In this document: piece by piece, positions 13,050 through 26,384 of the stretch
How positions within the stretch are numbered: the first letter of the stretch is position 1
How the letters are laid out: each line of letters begins with the position of its first letter
From: Octopus vulgaris
Lineage: Eukaryota
Length of the DNA: 64,000 nucleotides
Direction: 5' to 3'
NCBI GenBank assembly: GCA_951406725.2
Contig: OX597819.1
Span: 19,840,001-19,904,000 of the forward strand
Made by a program: the position numbers and the translations under genes
Notes under the pieces: generated by a model
What the model was told of the DNA's origin: nothing
The model's input: the letters and a program-made list of their open reading frames with translations, nothing else
The model's database searches: none

Positions 13050-13120
13050 AAGGAGTTCTGAGCTGATGATAGAAATGTCGAGTTTGACTAATCTTGAAAC
13101 GTACGTTCTCAAATAACCTT
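13050..13120 (+). ncRNA. Type I hammerhead ribozyme (R1 inverted unit)
   Basis: CTGATGA at 13063-13069, GAAAC-GTAC-GTT at 13096-13107. Confidence 0.7.
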
Positions 13121-13291
13121 TGCATTTGATTTTTTAATGTCTTTACCCCCATACTTTCGTGAGTTGAATTGAGCAAGATTTGAATTGAGAGAGATTTTCT
13201 TTAAGTATTAGAAATAGTTTTAAAAAAAGTTTTTTTAGCTACTATTTCTAATGAGTTCAGTATGTGGCAAAGTAATTTATTTTACTAAGCC

Positions 13292-13295
<4 letters not shown>

Positions 13296-13369
<74 letters not shown>

Positions 13370-13384
13370 TAGATAGATAGATAT

Positions 13385-13458
<74 letters not shown>

Positions 13459-13482
13459 GGATAGATAGAAAGATAGATAGAT
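13296..13482. repeat. (TA)n followed by (GATA)n microsatellite
   Basis: Read directly from the sequence. Confidence 0.95.
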
Positions 13483-13650
13483 ATATTTGCAAATTCTAAA
13501 ATGGATTTATGTCGATGTCCGAAATGATTGTTATGCATGAATAAACTTCTTACAACTTTTTAACATCTTATCTCTTCCAGTTTTGACAAATATGATTGGA
13601 TTTGTAGAACTTAATTACATAAATTAATCACACAATGTACTAATACTACT

Positions 13651-13727
<77 letters not shown>

Positions 13728-13938
13728 TACGCATATGCGTTTTTTGGAGGCAGGGGTGTGCGTGTTTTTATATATATATATGTGTGTGTGTGTGTGTGAG
13801 TGTGTGTAGATTGAGTGAGACAAAAAGTGTTTCAGGAGCATAAGTATCTTATTTGCTAATATATATTTATATGTATATAATACAGATCTGAATGGCGGGA
13901 GAAAGAGGTATATACTAAAACGCAAAACCCAAACAGTT

Positions 13939-13995
<57 letters not shown>

Positions 13996-14008
13996 AACAC
14001 ACACACAA

Positions 14009-14078
<70 letters not shown>

Positions 14079-16233
14079 TTACGTAGATATGCAAATATAC
14101 ATACACATATGTGATTGCGCGTCTATGCATGTGTGAATATATATATATATATATATATATGTATATTTACGATTATATGAAATTAATACATCGATGTAAT
14201 TATATATACACAGAATATTATACCTTTGTGTAATATCAATAGAACTACTAAATAAATTACCCCAGTTCTTCCTAAGTTAATCTAATAAAACACTTTCTAA
14301 AACGTCCGTATATTTATTCCGAAAGCCTCCTTTGCCAAGTAACTATTCTTGACAAATCGGTACGAATTTGCTGAGAAGGCAATTTTTGCATCAAAATTAA
14401 GCTCCTTTATTATAACGTGTTATGTACTGAATTGCAGACAGGACGAAATTACCCCATTGAGACTTCCCTTAATCAAATGTTGCTAAGGAGCGTGTGAAAC
14501 CGTAAATCGTGTAGGAGTTTATTAAACGCTCCTCTATATTTTCGACCAAACATCGGTTTTTCTCCTTTCTCCTTTTCACATTATTTACGTTCATATGAAA
14601 TTAGTAGATAATATTGCTTCCTTAGCAGAGTAAATTTTCTAAAGAATTACGCACTGTGTTGATATTCTTGGAACATACTACTTGTTTTGGTTTAATTAAA
14701 TCTTCACGGAACGAGAAAGCAATTTCCGACATTGTAATGAATTCCCCGCACGGAAATGTCGTGAACCTGTTGTGCCACAGGGGAGTTCTGTCGTAAGTCA
14801 GAGTTTTAACTGACTATCGCTGTTTAGTTGATTCCATTTAACATAATTTTATGCCTTTTTGCGTTATTAGTTCCGACTCAGCCCATTTTTTTTTCTCTGG
14901 AGATATTCAGATTTGTCGAGAATTACGTTTGAACTTGTTTTTAGTTACAGGATCTCACGGTTTTCGTCTATTTCTAGTGGTAAATCGTATCAGACATCAA
15001 AGAATATAATTGGGTAAATAACATGAAACGAATCTAGGTGTAAGTAAACATTTAAGCAAAAAAACAAAACAAAACAGTTACTCTTTATCTCTCTCACTTT
15101 CTCTCTCTCTCACTTACTAATTCTCTCTCACTTTCTCTCTCTCACTCACTCGCTCCCTGTCTCTCTCTCTCCCCCCCTCCCTCACTCATTAATTCACTCA
15201 CTCACGCACTCTCTCTATCATTTCACGCTTATATTTATCACTGTCTCGTTTCCTGTTCGCAGTAAAAGTATTTAACTATAAGTAAAAGAAAAGAATAACA
15301 GAATATATGTGTGCATATGTGTAAAAGTAATTTTGTGTACGTGTTTCTGTGTGTCTGGCTGTTTGTGTGTGTGTGTATCTGTGTTTTTGACGAAAACTGT
15401 TTAGATTTATTCACAAAAAATAGCGCATATTTATGAGTTTATTTATGTATATTATATTTTTAAATATTTCTTTATGTAAACAACGAAATCAAATATGCTT
15501 TTATAAAGACCAACAATTGTATTATATATCTACGTTTACTCTATAACATGAAGTAAATATTGGTCTGAAATGCTTTCGAATATCAAAGTGTACACCAAAA
15601 TCAACAATGAAAATTATATACATTTTTTTTTTCTCAGTTCTTTTGAAGACATTTTTTTCCTCTCTCGGTGATCCATTACATATGATAAAACCGTAATAGC
15701 AACGACTGAACTGAAGAGAAATTCGACTAGATATACAATATCAATTATAGAAACGTTGTTATAATAGACACAAAGACACACACACACACATACAAACACA
15801 CATAAACACACACTTACACACACATACACACACATAAATAGCTACATAAATATTCTGTCGACGTTATATAGGTTAAAATTGCAGACATCGTTATTCATGG
15901 AGTGATGTTTTCTAAACAATACAGCGCCTGTAAAAAAAAATCTATCTGGGTCTTTACTGTCCTTATAGGAATGAGAGTTAAAATACTTGAAATCTGAGCC
16001 CTATACCCAGTAGTTTCAATCTCCGTAAATTATACATCTTTAACAGAAATTGAAACTGTATGAAATTCGACACATATGCAGACACAGACAAGAAGACAAA
16101 CACAGAGGTACAGACACACGGACACACGGACACTCGGACACTAAAAAACATACGCAACCGTCCCACACACACACTCAAACACGTATTCATCTTGGTCTTG
16201 TGTGTATATATTCATGTATATGTATCTTTCTCT

Positions 16234-16926
16234 AATTGTCCCAAAATAATCTGTATTTTTGTTATTTTTTATTTGCCCTGTTCGTGTGAGCTAACAATCG
16301 TACTGACTTTCATGGGAAACATATATTTTTGTGGTTGAAACCTTTTGGATTAACTAGTGCTAGAGTGAGCCATATAGTGACCACTCTCTTATATTTATTT
16401 TGTAAAAATATTATAATATATTATAAAATATTATAATAATCCAGGTTTCTCGGAGCACTGGGCCACTTGGTGTTGAATGGATATACTATTAAATTAGTAT
16501 CTAATTCTCTCACCCTTATTAATTAATTATAAGTATGCTACATTTATTTCTTAATGTAGTATTTGTTTTCCGTGAGAGTTTGGCGCGCTGTTAGTAGGGG
16601 CATTTGAATTATAACGTCGGATGTAATCAATTGAACCACACGTGTATTTATCGTTATGGTAAAATCTGGCGTGTGATTGAGTGGATTTCATCCAGATAGT
16701 TTTGGCTGAGGAGCTACAAGTGGATTTTTTTGTAAGTAAAATTACATTTAATTCATTAATAGCGAAACAATTGTCCCAAAATAATCTGTATTTTTGTTAT
16801 TTTTTATTTGCCCTGTTCGTGTGAGCTAACAATCGTACTGACTTTCATGGGAAACATATATTTTTGTGGTTGAAACCTTTTGGATTAACTAGTGCTAGAG
16901 TGAGCCATATAGTGACCACTCTCTTA

Positions 16927-16933
<7 letters not shown>
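16234..16933 (+). mobile_element. Hammerhead-bearing element (retrozyme-like family R3): 535-bp monomer plus ~165-bp direct repeat, ending in (TA)n
   Basis: 16234-16398 is repeated, apparently exactly, at 16769-16933. The hammerhead spans the unit junction. Confidence 0.85.
16693..16788 (+). ncRNA. Canonical type I hammerhead ribozyme, predicted cleavage after C16775
   Basis: CAGATAGTTTTGG-CTGAGGA-GCTA..TAGC-GAAAC-AATT-GTC-CCAAAATAATCTG. Intact core, 13-position stem I with one mismatch, long stem II, palindromic minimal stem III. Confidence 0.9.
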
Positions 16934-16978
<45 letters not shown>

Positions 16979-16982
<4 letters not shown>

Positions 16983-18145
16983 GAATTCACAAAAAACAAA
17001 AGAAAGAGACAGTTGGTGTAGACAACAAGCATATGTATTAGTATAACGCTCGGGAATTGAAAAAGTCTTTAACGTTTCGAGCCTACGCTCAGCCATAGAA
17101 AAGAACAGAAAGAAACAAGGAGAGGAAATAACGAATGTGTATTGGATAGCGATCTATCATGGCGAATGCCGGACAGCGGGTCACACAGGAGAGCTAAGAA
17201 GAAGGGAAAATAATAAAGTAGTGGTGATCCCAAAAGGAAGGTGCACATGCGTGTGTATAAGAGAGTATGTATGTGCGTGTGGAAGAGGGCTGGTGACCTT
17301 GACGTGTGCGTGTGTGCATGTATAGGCGTGTGGATGATGGTATGGGGCTAGGAAGTGGCCAGTGCTAGTGTGTGCTTGTTGGTGTGATGTGATCTCAAGT
17401 TGTGTTTGGTGGTGTCTAGTGTGGTTTGGTGGTGTTCAGATGTTGTGGAAGCGAGAATGGGGAAAGCAAGATTGGGTGTGGATTAGGCTGAGGTTGGAGG
17501 TATAGGTGGGGTATGTGGGAATATGAGTAAGGGATAGGGTGGGGTTGGAATGGGAAGGATAGGAAAGGTGAGGTTGGATTGTGTAGGGGTCGTGTTACGA
17601 GGGAGGGGTGACGATGAAGTGAGAATGGAAGGGAGAAGTTGGGTTGGAGAGAAGAAAGGAGAGTAGTAATGAAGAGAAGTAGGAGTCGGTGCAAGAGAGG
17701 AGAGGTGCGTGGGAGGAAGTAGTGGTGAGAGGTAGAGAGGAGAGTAGAGGAGGGTTAGATGAAGAGGGGTGCAGAGTTGAGCCCATGTGGCGCAAAGGAG
17801 AGAAGAGAGAAGATTAATCTCTCTTCACAGCGGAGCGAGGAGGCCGGATGGACCATGTGCAAGGACAATCCAAACACAGACAGTGCTTGCAAAAAATTAC
17901 CGTTAGAGCGGAAATGGCGCGAGACTGAGTTGTAATTGCCGAGTCATATGTCTCGGAGGTGTTCCACGAACTGGTCAATCAAGCAGCGTCCCGTTTGCCA
18001 GATGTATAGGGAAGGGCAGAAAGAGCAGGAGATACACTAGGTAACACTGATAGAAGTGAAAAGTGAAGGAGTCGTTGATATGACAGCGTCGATGTTGGAT
18101 GCCGGTGAGGAGGTGGTGTTGGTGAGGTATGGGCAAGTGCGGCTG
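16979..18145 (-). mobile_element. 5'-truncated degraded Penelope-like element (GIY-YIG remnant, C/T-rich spacer, 3' repeat)
   Basis: Minus strand at ~17850-18145 translates with lesions to RTCPYL...CISCSFCPSLYIWQTGRCLIDQFVEHLRDI...VSRHF. The 3' end abuts (TA)n. Confidence 0.75.
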
Positions 18146-18293
18146 TAATTATTTAATTATTTGGGGTGTACCGAGGTGGTAGCCGATGATGCACTTTCAT
18201 TCACTCTGGCTACCTGACGTCATCTACAGTATTTCTACTATCGTCGATGGATCTAACTCGGAAATTCCTTCGTGTTCATTCAGTTTTGTTAAC

Positions 18294-18340
18294 AAAACTG
18301 TCCGACGAACGGGAAGGTGAAAGTCCGACTAACAGGTTTT
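18294..18340 (+). ncRNA. Minimal hammerhead variant (C at core position 4)
   Basis: CTGT-CCGACGA-AC..GT-GAAAG-TCCGA-CTA-ACAG, about 25 bp before (TA)n. Related copy at 21240-21283. Confidence 0.5.
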
Positions 18341-18364
18341 GTTGAATTTCTGTTTGTAAATAAA

Positions 18365-18474
<110 letters not shown>

Positions 18475-18912
18475 GTACAACATAAAGAGAAAGTGCGATT
18501 GACAGGCATATATATTTATGTGTGCGTATGAACGCGGGCGCGTATACATACATACTACGTACTCGTATGTATTAAACGGTCAGTTGATGAGCTGACCGAA
18601 TACCATTGCCTGGCATTTTGACGAATAATGAAAGACATTTCATTTCTGCGAGACAGTTATAAGCTACAGGAAGTAACCGCTGAGATTGTGCCATTAGTAT
18701 CGAAGTATTTATTTTACTAATATTTCGATATTAGCGTTCACTGATCGCCTTATAATAGATCACGCTGTTACAGACCGTAAAGAGCTTTATATCAGCTTAG
18801 TAAAACAGACCTTTCTGTATTGAACGGCCACTACACATTACGAACATTGGTTGGCGTATATATAACATTGATGTGTATAAATGATTCTGTACCCAAATAT
18901 ATTGACGGAATC

Positions 18913-18976
<64 letters not shown>

Positions 18977-19040
18977 GGCGGTGCCCCAGCATGGCCACAG
19001 CTCATGAGCTGAAACTGGAAACATCAAAATCAAAAAATCA

Positions 19041-19153
<113 letters not shown>

Positions 19154-19424
19154 CACGGACCTAGTTATATATACAGATATGAAAACAGTGAAATATTTCG
19201 GTGGCATTAAAACAAAGAGGCATATGGCGGTCAAATATTAACATATTTGAAAGCTAGTGTGTTCTAAGAATGCCTGCGTGTGTGTCCTTATATACACACC
19301 TAAGCAAACACGTACACAAACACACCTATTTGTATCAATATGTATATATATACGAATATATATGCATATATTTGTGTATGTATATATATATATCCTTAAA
19401 TCCTTAAAAATGTTTCATCCCGAA

Positions 19425-19870
19425 CGCTGCGGCCATGCTGTGGTACCACCGTTGAATGAGCTACACTAGTATTTGAAATCACCTCTGATGTGTGGCACCT
19501 AGTGAACAAGGGAGTTTAACGCCGCTGCCCGCATCTGTGTTTCCTGCCGAGAGGTAGGTTCATCTGGAACCCCTGACAAGAAGTGATCCAGTTTAGTTTT
19601 AAAGAAACCCACATCCACACCATGCAGGTCTCTAAGGCACTTAGGAAAGACATTGAAGAGCTGTGGTCCCCTGAAAACCAAGCTGTTACTTATCTGGTCC
19701 TGTATTTTGATGGTTATGTTGGGATATTTGGCACCATACAGTGGCGTTCTGCTCTTGGGATAATTTTCAATGCCAAAATTCGGACAAGACCCACCTGGAT
19801 TTTCCAGATGTATATCAATGTATATACAAAGTCTATCCCAGGTAGCTGATATGTTGCATTGAGACGGTCT
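19425..19870 (-). mobile_element. CR1-group LINE 3' fragment
   Basis: ORF 19499-19978 contains NSLVFRGPQLFN..FKTKLDHFLSGVPDEP..NSL, homologous to the C-terminus of the 5430-7046 ORF. Confidence 0.8.
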
Positions 19871-19880
19871 TCTTGGTGTG

Positions 19881-19930
<50 letters not shown>

Positions 19931-20017
19931 CGTTACAGTTGAAAAGGTCTCAAAATATACCGGTACTGAAATGTTCACTATAAAATTATTTTAGCATTTT
20001 CTATTTTTTAGTTGTTT

Positions 20018-20067
<50 letters not shown>

Positions 20068-20779
20068 TTCTGTTATTCTTTGATGTGTTTCACTCCATTA
20101 ACAGAGTTCATGCTGGAGCGCCTCCCAGAAGATTTTTGATACAATAAATTCACGGCAGGAATTGTTCTATCACGCACTTTTGCAGCCCTACTTAGTGACA
20201 ACGGTGACGTAAACACACCAACACCGATGGTCAAACGGTGGGGGTTGAGAGGGTTCACGTCGGCACTGGTGTCTAAGTTGGCGATGCAGGGCGGCGGTAG
20301 AGAAAAGGGATGCTTTGGGAGGAAGGCAGCGAATTGGGAAACGCTATGAATTTATTATATTATAGTATTGTATAGAAAATATACAATATTAAGTATCAAT
20401 AGGGGAGGGGACACTGAGGGTATTATGTGGCCATGAGGTGTGGTGGCCGAAAAACTTTCAGAACATATGCTCTAATCCATTATTTGTATATATTGTGTAA
20501 ATTAAAAGAGATTTGGTAGGAACTAAAGCAGAAGATTTTGTAATTTGATCGAAAACATTAAACGACGTAAACTGATATCGGTAAATTATTTCTCAGAACC
20601 GTTAAGTAGTCTTGGAATATATTATATCAGGAGAGGATACACATAAACTAGAATAGGGACACGCACTCTAACGCACATGCACATCTTCTCACGCACAAAT
20701 ATATGCAAGCTAACTCGTACAGACACATATCTACACACGCACACACAAACACACACACACATACACACACACACGCACG

Positions 20780-20848
<69 letters not shown>

Positions 20849-20854
20849 TTTATT

Positions 20855-21198
20855 TCTTCCAGTCATTGCTGCCTGTGGTCGATCAAATCAACTCAAGAAT
20901 TTATTCTTTGTAAGCATTGTACTACTTCTATCCGTCTCTTTTTACCAAACCGCTAGGTTACTGGGACGTAAACACATCGTCGGTTCTCAAGTGATGGTGG
21001 TGGTGATGGTGGTGGGGGGGGAACAAGTGTAGGCACACAAACACACACACACATACAAATATATATAAAATCCATTCACAAGGTTTTGGTCGGCCCGAGG
21101 TTATAGTAGAACTAACTTGCCCAAGGTGCCATGCAGTGGGACTTAAGCCGGAACCATGTGGTTGAGAAGCAATCTTACAACACAGCCACGCCGGCACC
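20855..21198 (-). mobile_element. SINE family A copy
   Basis: Reverse-complement similarity to 3640-4033. Confidence 0.7.
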
Positions 21199-21344
21199 TA
21201 TTTACTTTATTATTAAAGCTACCAAAATATCAGAAGATACTGTTAGTTCCGACGAACGGGAACGTGAAACTCTGAGTAGCAGCTTATTGTGATATTTTGT
21301 GATGTTTTTGCAGCTTTAATTATAAAACACATTACCCTACCTCT

Positions 21345-21625
21345 GCTGTTCGTGATAGGCCCACAGCTCTCAATATCCTCCCGAAGAACCTAAGATACCT
21401 GCATGGGGTGGATGCAGATGTCTTTAAAATGAAACTGGATCTCTTCTTGTCAGGTGTCCCAGATAAACCAACTTCACGGCAGGAGGTGCAGATGAGGGCA
21501 GTTGTATCGAACTCTCTCATGCACCAGATGGCAATTGCTAAAAAAGCATTCGTGAAGGAAAATCATGTAGCAACACCAAATGGCGGTGCCCCAGCATGGC
21601 CACAGCTTGTGACCTGAAACTAAAT
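21345..21625 (+). mobile_element. CR1-group LINE 3' fragment with tail
   Basis: GPQLLNILPK..FKMKLDLFLSGVPDKP..SNSL, then GGCGGTGCCCCAGCATGGCCACAG. Confidence 0.8.
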
Positions 21626-22482
21626 AAATAAATAAAAATAAATATATATATACACACATTCAAAGCAAAAATTGTAAATGTATCAAGACACACGATAGAC
21701 AGTTGGTTCTTTACAACAAAGGAAATTCCACTACGAAGATAATCTCCCTCGTTTATTGCAACTTGCACCAAAACCGTTCAATTCACATGAGAAATCTACA
21801 TTGCATTGACTCATACCTGTCGTAGAAATAGTAGGAATGAACAGGACCCACGTTGTGATGATGTTATAATGTTATTATGTAACACATACCTACCTAAGTA
21901 TATTTTCTAAGTGATATTTATCCCTACAGTGACTTTCACTAACTTTATCGCAACTAAAAAGTAGTACCATCGGAAGAACTTCATCTAACTTTAATCGCGT
22001 CGAAACTACGTTAATCCCTACGCAGTTTTGAAGAGGGGTGTTGCAGTTTTTCTTTACACTCCTGCACGGTATGCATTTATAGCGCTCCGCCAACACCAAC
22101 GAAGAAGGAAAATGTATTTGGAAGAAACATTAGTTTTCTAGGAACTGAAAATCCCGAAGCTTCACTTCAGACGCGGAGTATAAAACAAGTGAAAAATGGA
22201 GTTATTGACATCACATTTATTCCACGGGTTACAGCTGTTTCAAAAAGAATGGGCGACAAAACATTGGTCACAAAGTTTATGCCGAGATATTTACGGGGCG
22301 CTTATTATACTATCAATATTGTATAAACGACATGACAGAATCACAACGTCTTCTTTGTTTCCAAATATTTTATATAATTTGACACCCACTTGGTAATGAA
22401 ATAGCTATAGACCTTGGAGTGATTGTGATACCAGCAAGACGCACACATATATACAACATATATGCGTGAGTGTGTGTTTGTG

Positions 22483-22539
<57 letters not shown>

Positions 22540-25500
22540 CTGAGCATATATATTTGTGTACACATAGACACACTGGTATGTTGTAAATGACGGATTGTAT
22601 TTCCATTCAGGGACACGTACACACACATATACACACAAACACAAACATATTCATGTAGATACTTAGATATTTATGTGTGCCTGTGTGTGTGCACATACAT
22701 ACATGTATGTGTATATGATTATATGCTTCTTGATTTTATATATATACATACCTAGACACACACATAGATTTATATATGCTTGTATGTATGCATATGTGTG
22801 TGAATTTATAGACGTATGGAATGTCTACGTCCGTGTATGTGTGACTGATTTAGAATGTAGAGTGAATATTGATAGGAAGATTTAATAACGTCGGAACATT
22901 TTGGCCATGTCATAGGTCAGGCAATCTCTGACAATACAAGAACAAAACTTTCGCAAAGTCTGCAGTGATGACGTGATGTAGAACTTGTTATCACAAATAT
23001 TGGAAATTTATGTCATATCATACTTGAAATATTTATAGATATAACAAGTAAATCATGATATCAATAGCTAATTATTTATACGACATCTCACTCAGTATGT
23101 CGACAATTATTTTGGGATCTGTTATGACATATGCGGAAACAAAAGATTTTGGTTTCACATTTGGCGTTTGAAGACGCACCCGGCTGACGGCAGTCTCAAA
23201 ACGAATTTCGAATCAGTCGGAAAATATCAATTCTTGATTAAAAGATGACCGAAAAAAAAGTCTCCATTGGCAAAAGTCCTACTTGTATAAGCGGAATAAA
23301 ATTAGTCACACACATGGTAGGTGTAAGTGTGTGGCCTAGTGGTAACAGTGTAGCATATACGATCGCATGATTGTGGTTTCGAATTATGGACCGGGCGAAA
23401 AACTTTATTTGAAACACCTTGACTTCATCCTCTTACATTCTGATCAGTTGTGACAGATTGTATTTCCATTCAGGGACACACACACACAAACACACACATA
23501 GACACACAGACGCACACACCCACACATACACACACACACACGCACACATACACATGTATAACTTTTATAGTTGTCGGGCAGTATAGGCCCAGGCTATGTC
23601 TAATTTAATAGCACCACCTGGTGAAGTCTTTTAGCCATATATAGGGAACCATGGCCCGCTCTAGCAAAGAGGTATTATTTTTGGAGACATATCCGGGTGC
23701 AGGTGGTTGGTCCGGCAAGTTTTGAAGAAAACTGAGGAAGTACATCAAATCTAAAACAAAGGATTAACCTTTCAACGAATACCGAAGCTCTCGGAGCACA
23801 GAGATAAGGCACAAAGGATCAGACATTCGTCTGACAAGCAACAGGTGTGTGGATTCGGTTTCGAATCTCGACTATACAGAGCAAAGCGATCTCCTAGAAG
23901 TGTAACCTTGTAGAAAACCTTGAGACTATGCATGAACATACACACAATCATACGTAATATACGTAATCAGATCCATTCGCGAAACGTGAAATATACATCG
24001 TTTGTTAAGTTCATTATTGTGCGGGATTGTAATGAGAAGATGAAAATAATGTCTGTAAGAAACGAAGGAAAATATTAATAAAAACACTCAATCAGCTAAC
24101 ATATTATATTATTTTCATCCTGCAGTTTATACATTTTGGAGCTAAAGTGACTAATGATTATTTTTCAGGAATGTATGGAATAATAATATTGTCCTAGACA
24201 AACATACAATTACTAATGGTCAGATCTGATTGAATCTATTTATTTGCATTGCTTGCAGGCATCAAACATGTTTGAAACTGAGTAACAGAGTGACAAAGTT
24301 TAGTTGTGTGTAAGTTTTCTAATAGAAAGTGTTTTGTGATCCATGGTCTCCCACCTCGCTTCGAGAAAATGCGCAATTCTATCAGGCAAAGCAGTTTGCC
24401 ATGCTAACACTAGTAACGACATACTCTGCCGGGATGGCCTGACGGAAGGAAGCACTTTAGACCACAGAAGTGCAATGTCAGATTTTGACTGAGTCTAAAC
24501 AGCAATCATGATGCAAAAAAAAAACAAGAAGGGCATCCATGTGGTCGCTTCATTTGCTATAACTAGCAGCCAGTCTCTTCCAAGTAACATGTTCTCTGGT
24601 CTTTAAAATCATTGACTCAATGTTTTCTCTTTCCTTGTCTCTCAGTTACACTGTCTATAGAAACAGTAAAGTTTTTTTTCACTTTCGCATGTAAGGTATG
24701 ACACAAAGAATTCAATGAATTATACCAAATAAAGCATTTTCAGTTTGAAACTGATTTATTAGCTCAAAATTCATCCAAACAAACAGTTTAGTGTTTAAGA
24801 AGGTACATTGTGCAACAACATCGTTTCAGTAATTCTGTGGTAATTTGGATAAGTGGCTTCTCCTATAGCCTTAGATAATCCGGTGTCATATATAAATATG
24901 AGTATGAGTGAGTGTGTGCTGTGTTTCTGTGTGTGCGTGTTGTGTGTGTATGTATGTGTATATCTGAAGAGAAGGTGTTAGTTTATTTCTGTTCATGTAA
25001 CGTAATGGCTTGGCAAAAGTAAAGCATAGATTGCTAGTCATGCAAAAAAAAAGAACTGGTCTCCACATATTCTATTAAACACTTCAAGGCAGTGCCCCAC
25101 CATGGCCGCAGTCCAATGACAGAAATTAGCAAACAGATAAAAGCTTATTAAAATTGTTTTGAATCATAAACGATTTCACGCAAAGAATGTGTTGTAAACA
25201 AAATACACGAGCGATTCATTAAACACACTTAAGTTTTCTAACTGCTCAACTGTTTTTCAATCCCCCACCCCCCCGGAATAAATTTTCAGCCCATTGACGC
25301 GCTATAGGAGGCACTTTAGTCCAGAGGTTTATAATATTTGGTATAAATATTGATTTACCATATAAGTTCTTTCGTTTATTACGTTTCTTTTAATCCGTTC
25401 CGATGTCATTTGAATTAACAGGAAAACGAGTTTTTGGTATTTTTTCATGAATTTACGTTTTTCTTGCACAAGTTGCGCCTCTCGGTTTTTTGTTTAATGT

Positions 25501-25574
25501 ATTGTTTTTTAATACGTTTTCACTTGTTTCAGGCACAAAACGAAAGAGTGCCTTGAAATATTAATACTCGTCTC

Positions 25575-26005
25575 TGCTATAGGAACAAGGGCTGAAATTT
25601 TGGGGGAGAGGGTCTAGTCGATTATATCGACCTCCGTGCGTAACTGGTATGTATTTGATCTACACCAAAAGATAAAGTCGACTGTGGCGGAATTTGGACT
25701 CAGAACGTAAGGACAAGCGAAATGCTGCGAAGCATTTTGCTCGGCATGCTAACGATTCTGCCAACTCACATCTTCTTTGAAATAATCCTTTTTACTGGAG
25801 GCACAAGGTCTCAGAATTTGGGGAAAAGGATTAAGTCGATTACAGCGACCCCAGGGCGCGACCGGTATTCATTTAATCGACTCCGAAAAGATAAGTGGCA
25901 GAATAGGGCTCGATGGAATTTGAACTCAAAATGTGAAGACGGACGAAATATCACAAAGCATTCTGTCCGGCATACTAACGATCCTGCCAACTCACCGCCT
26001 TCTTT
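25575..26005 (-). mobile_element. Two adjacent diverged copies of SINE family B
   Basis: GGAATTTG(G/A)ACTCA (reverse B box) and GATyCTGCCAACTCAC each occur twice. Similar to the reverse complement of 78-230. Confidence 0.7.
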
Positions 26006-26008
26006 TGA

Positions 26009-26078
<70 letters not shown>

Positions 26079-26079
26079 T

Positions 26080-26328
26080 CCTTAAACAACCCTTATTCAG
26101 GGACCGTTTGAGCGGGATGGGCTACTCAACCTGAAGAAAATTCTAACTGGGCCCCACCTTCAAGCTCATGTGCTGTTTATCTTGATATGAGATCACCATG
26201 TCGCGCACATATGGTTGTGATGCGTGTGCCTGGTGTACCCTTATCAGACGGGTAGTCATGATGGGTATATTGGGCTTCGTATATTTTACCCCAGTGTCAC
26301 TTTGATGGCATGAACTGCTCTCTCACTC
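26080..26328 (+). mobile_element. ~250-bp insert within (AAT)n; probable 3' end of a TAA-targeting non-LTR element
   Basis: Non-repetitive, balanced-GC segment with (AAT)n on both sides. The family assignment is inference. Confidence 0.4.

Positions 26329-26384
<56 letters not shown>

Larger units (their letters stand above)
11317..13295. mobile_element. Hammerhead-bearing repeat array (retrozyme-like family R1): about 2.1 units on minus plus about 1.4 units inverted, flanked by (TA)n
   Basis: Periods of 566 and 564 bp. Inversion junction at 12520-12522 with GAC microhomology. Copies nearly identical. Confidence 0.85.

Noticed and set aside
14250-15050. Possible decayed hAT transposase on the minus strand
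   Set aside because: Only vague motif resemblance by eye, with no continuous frame. Needs a translated HMM search.
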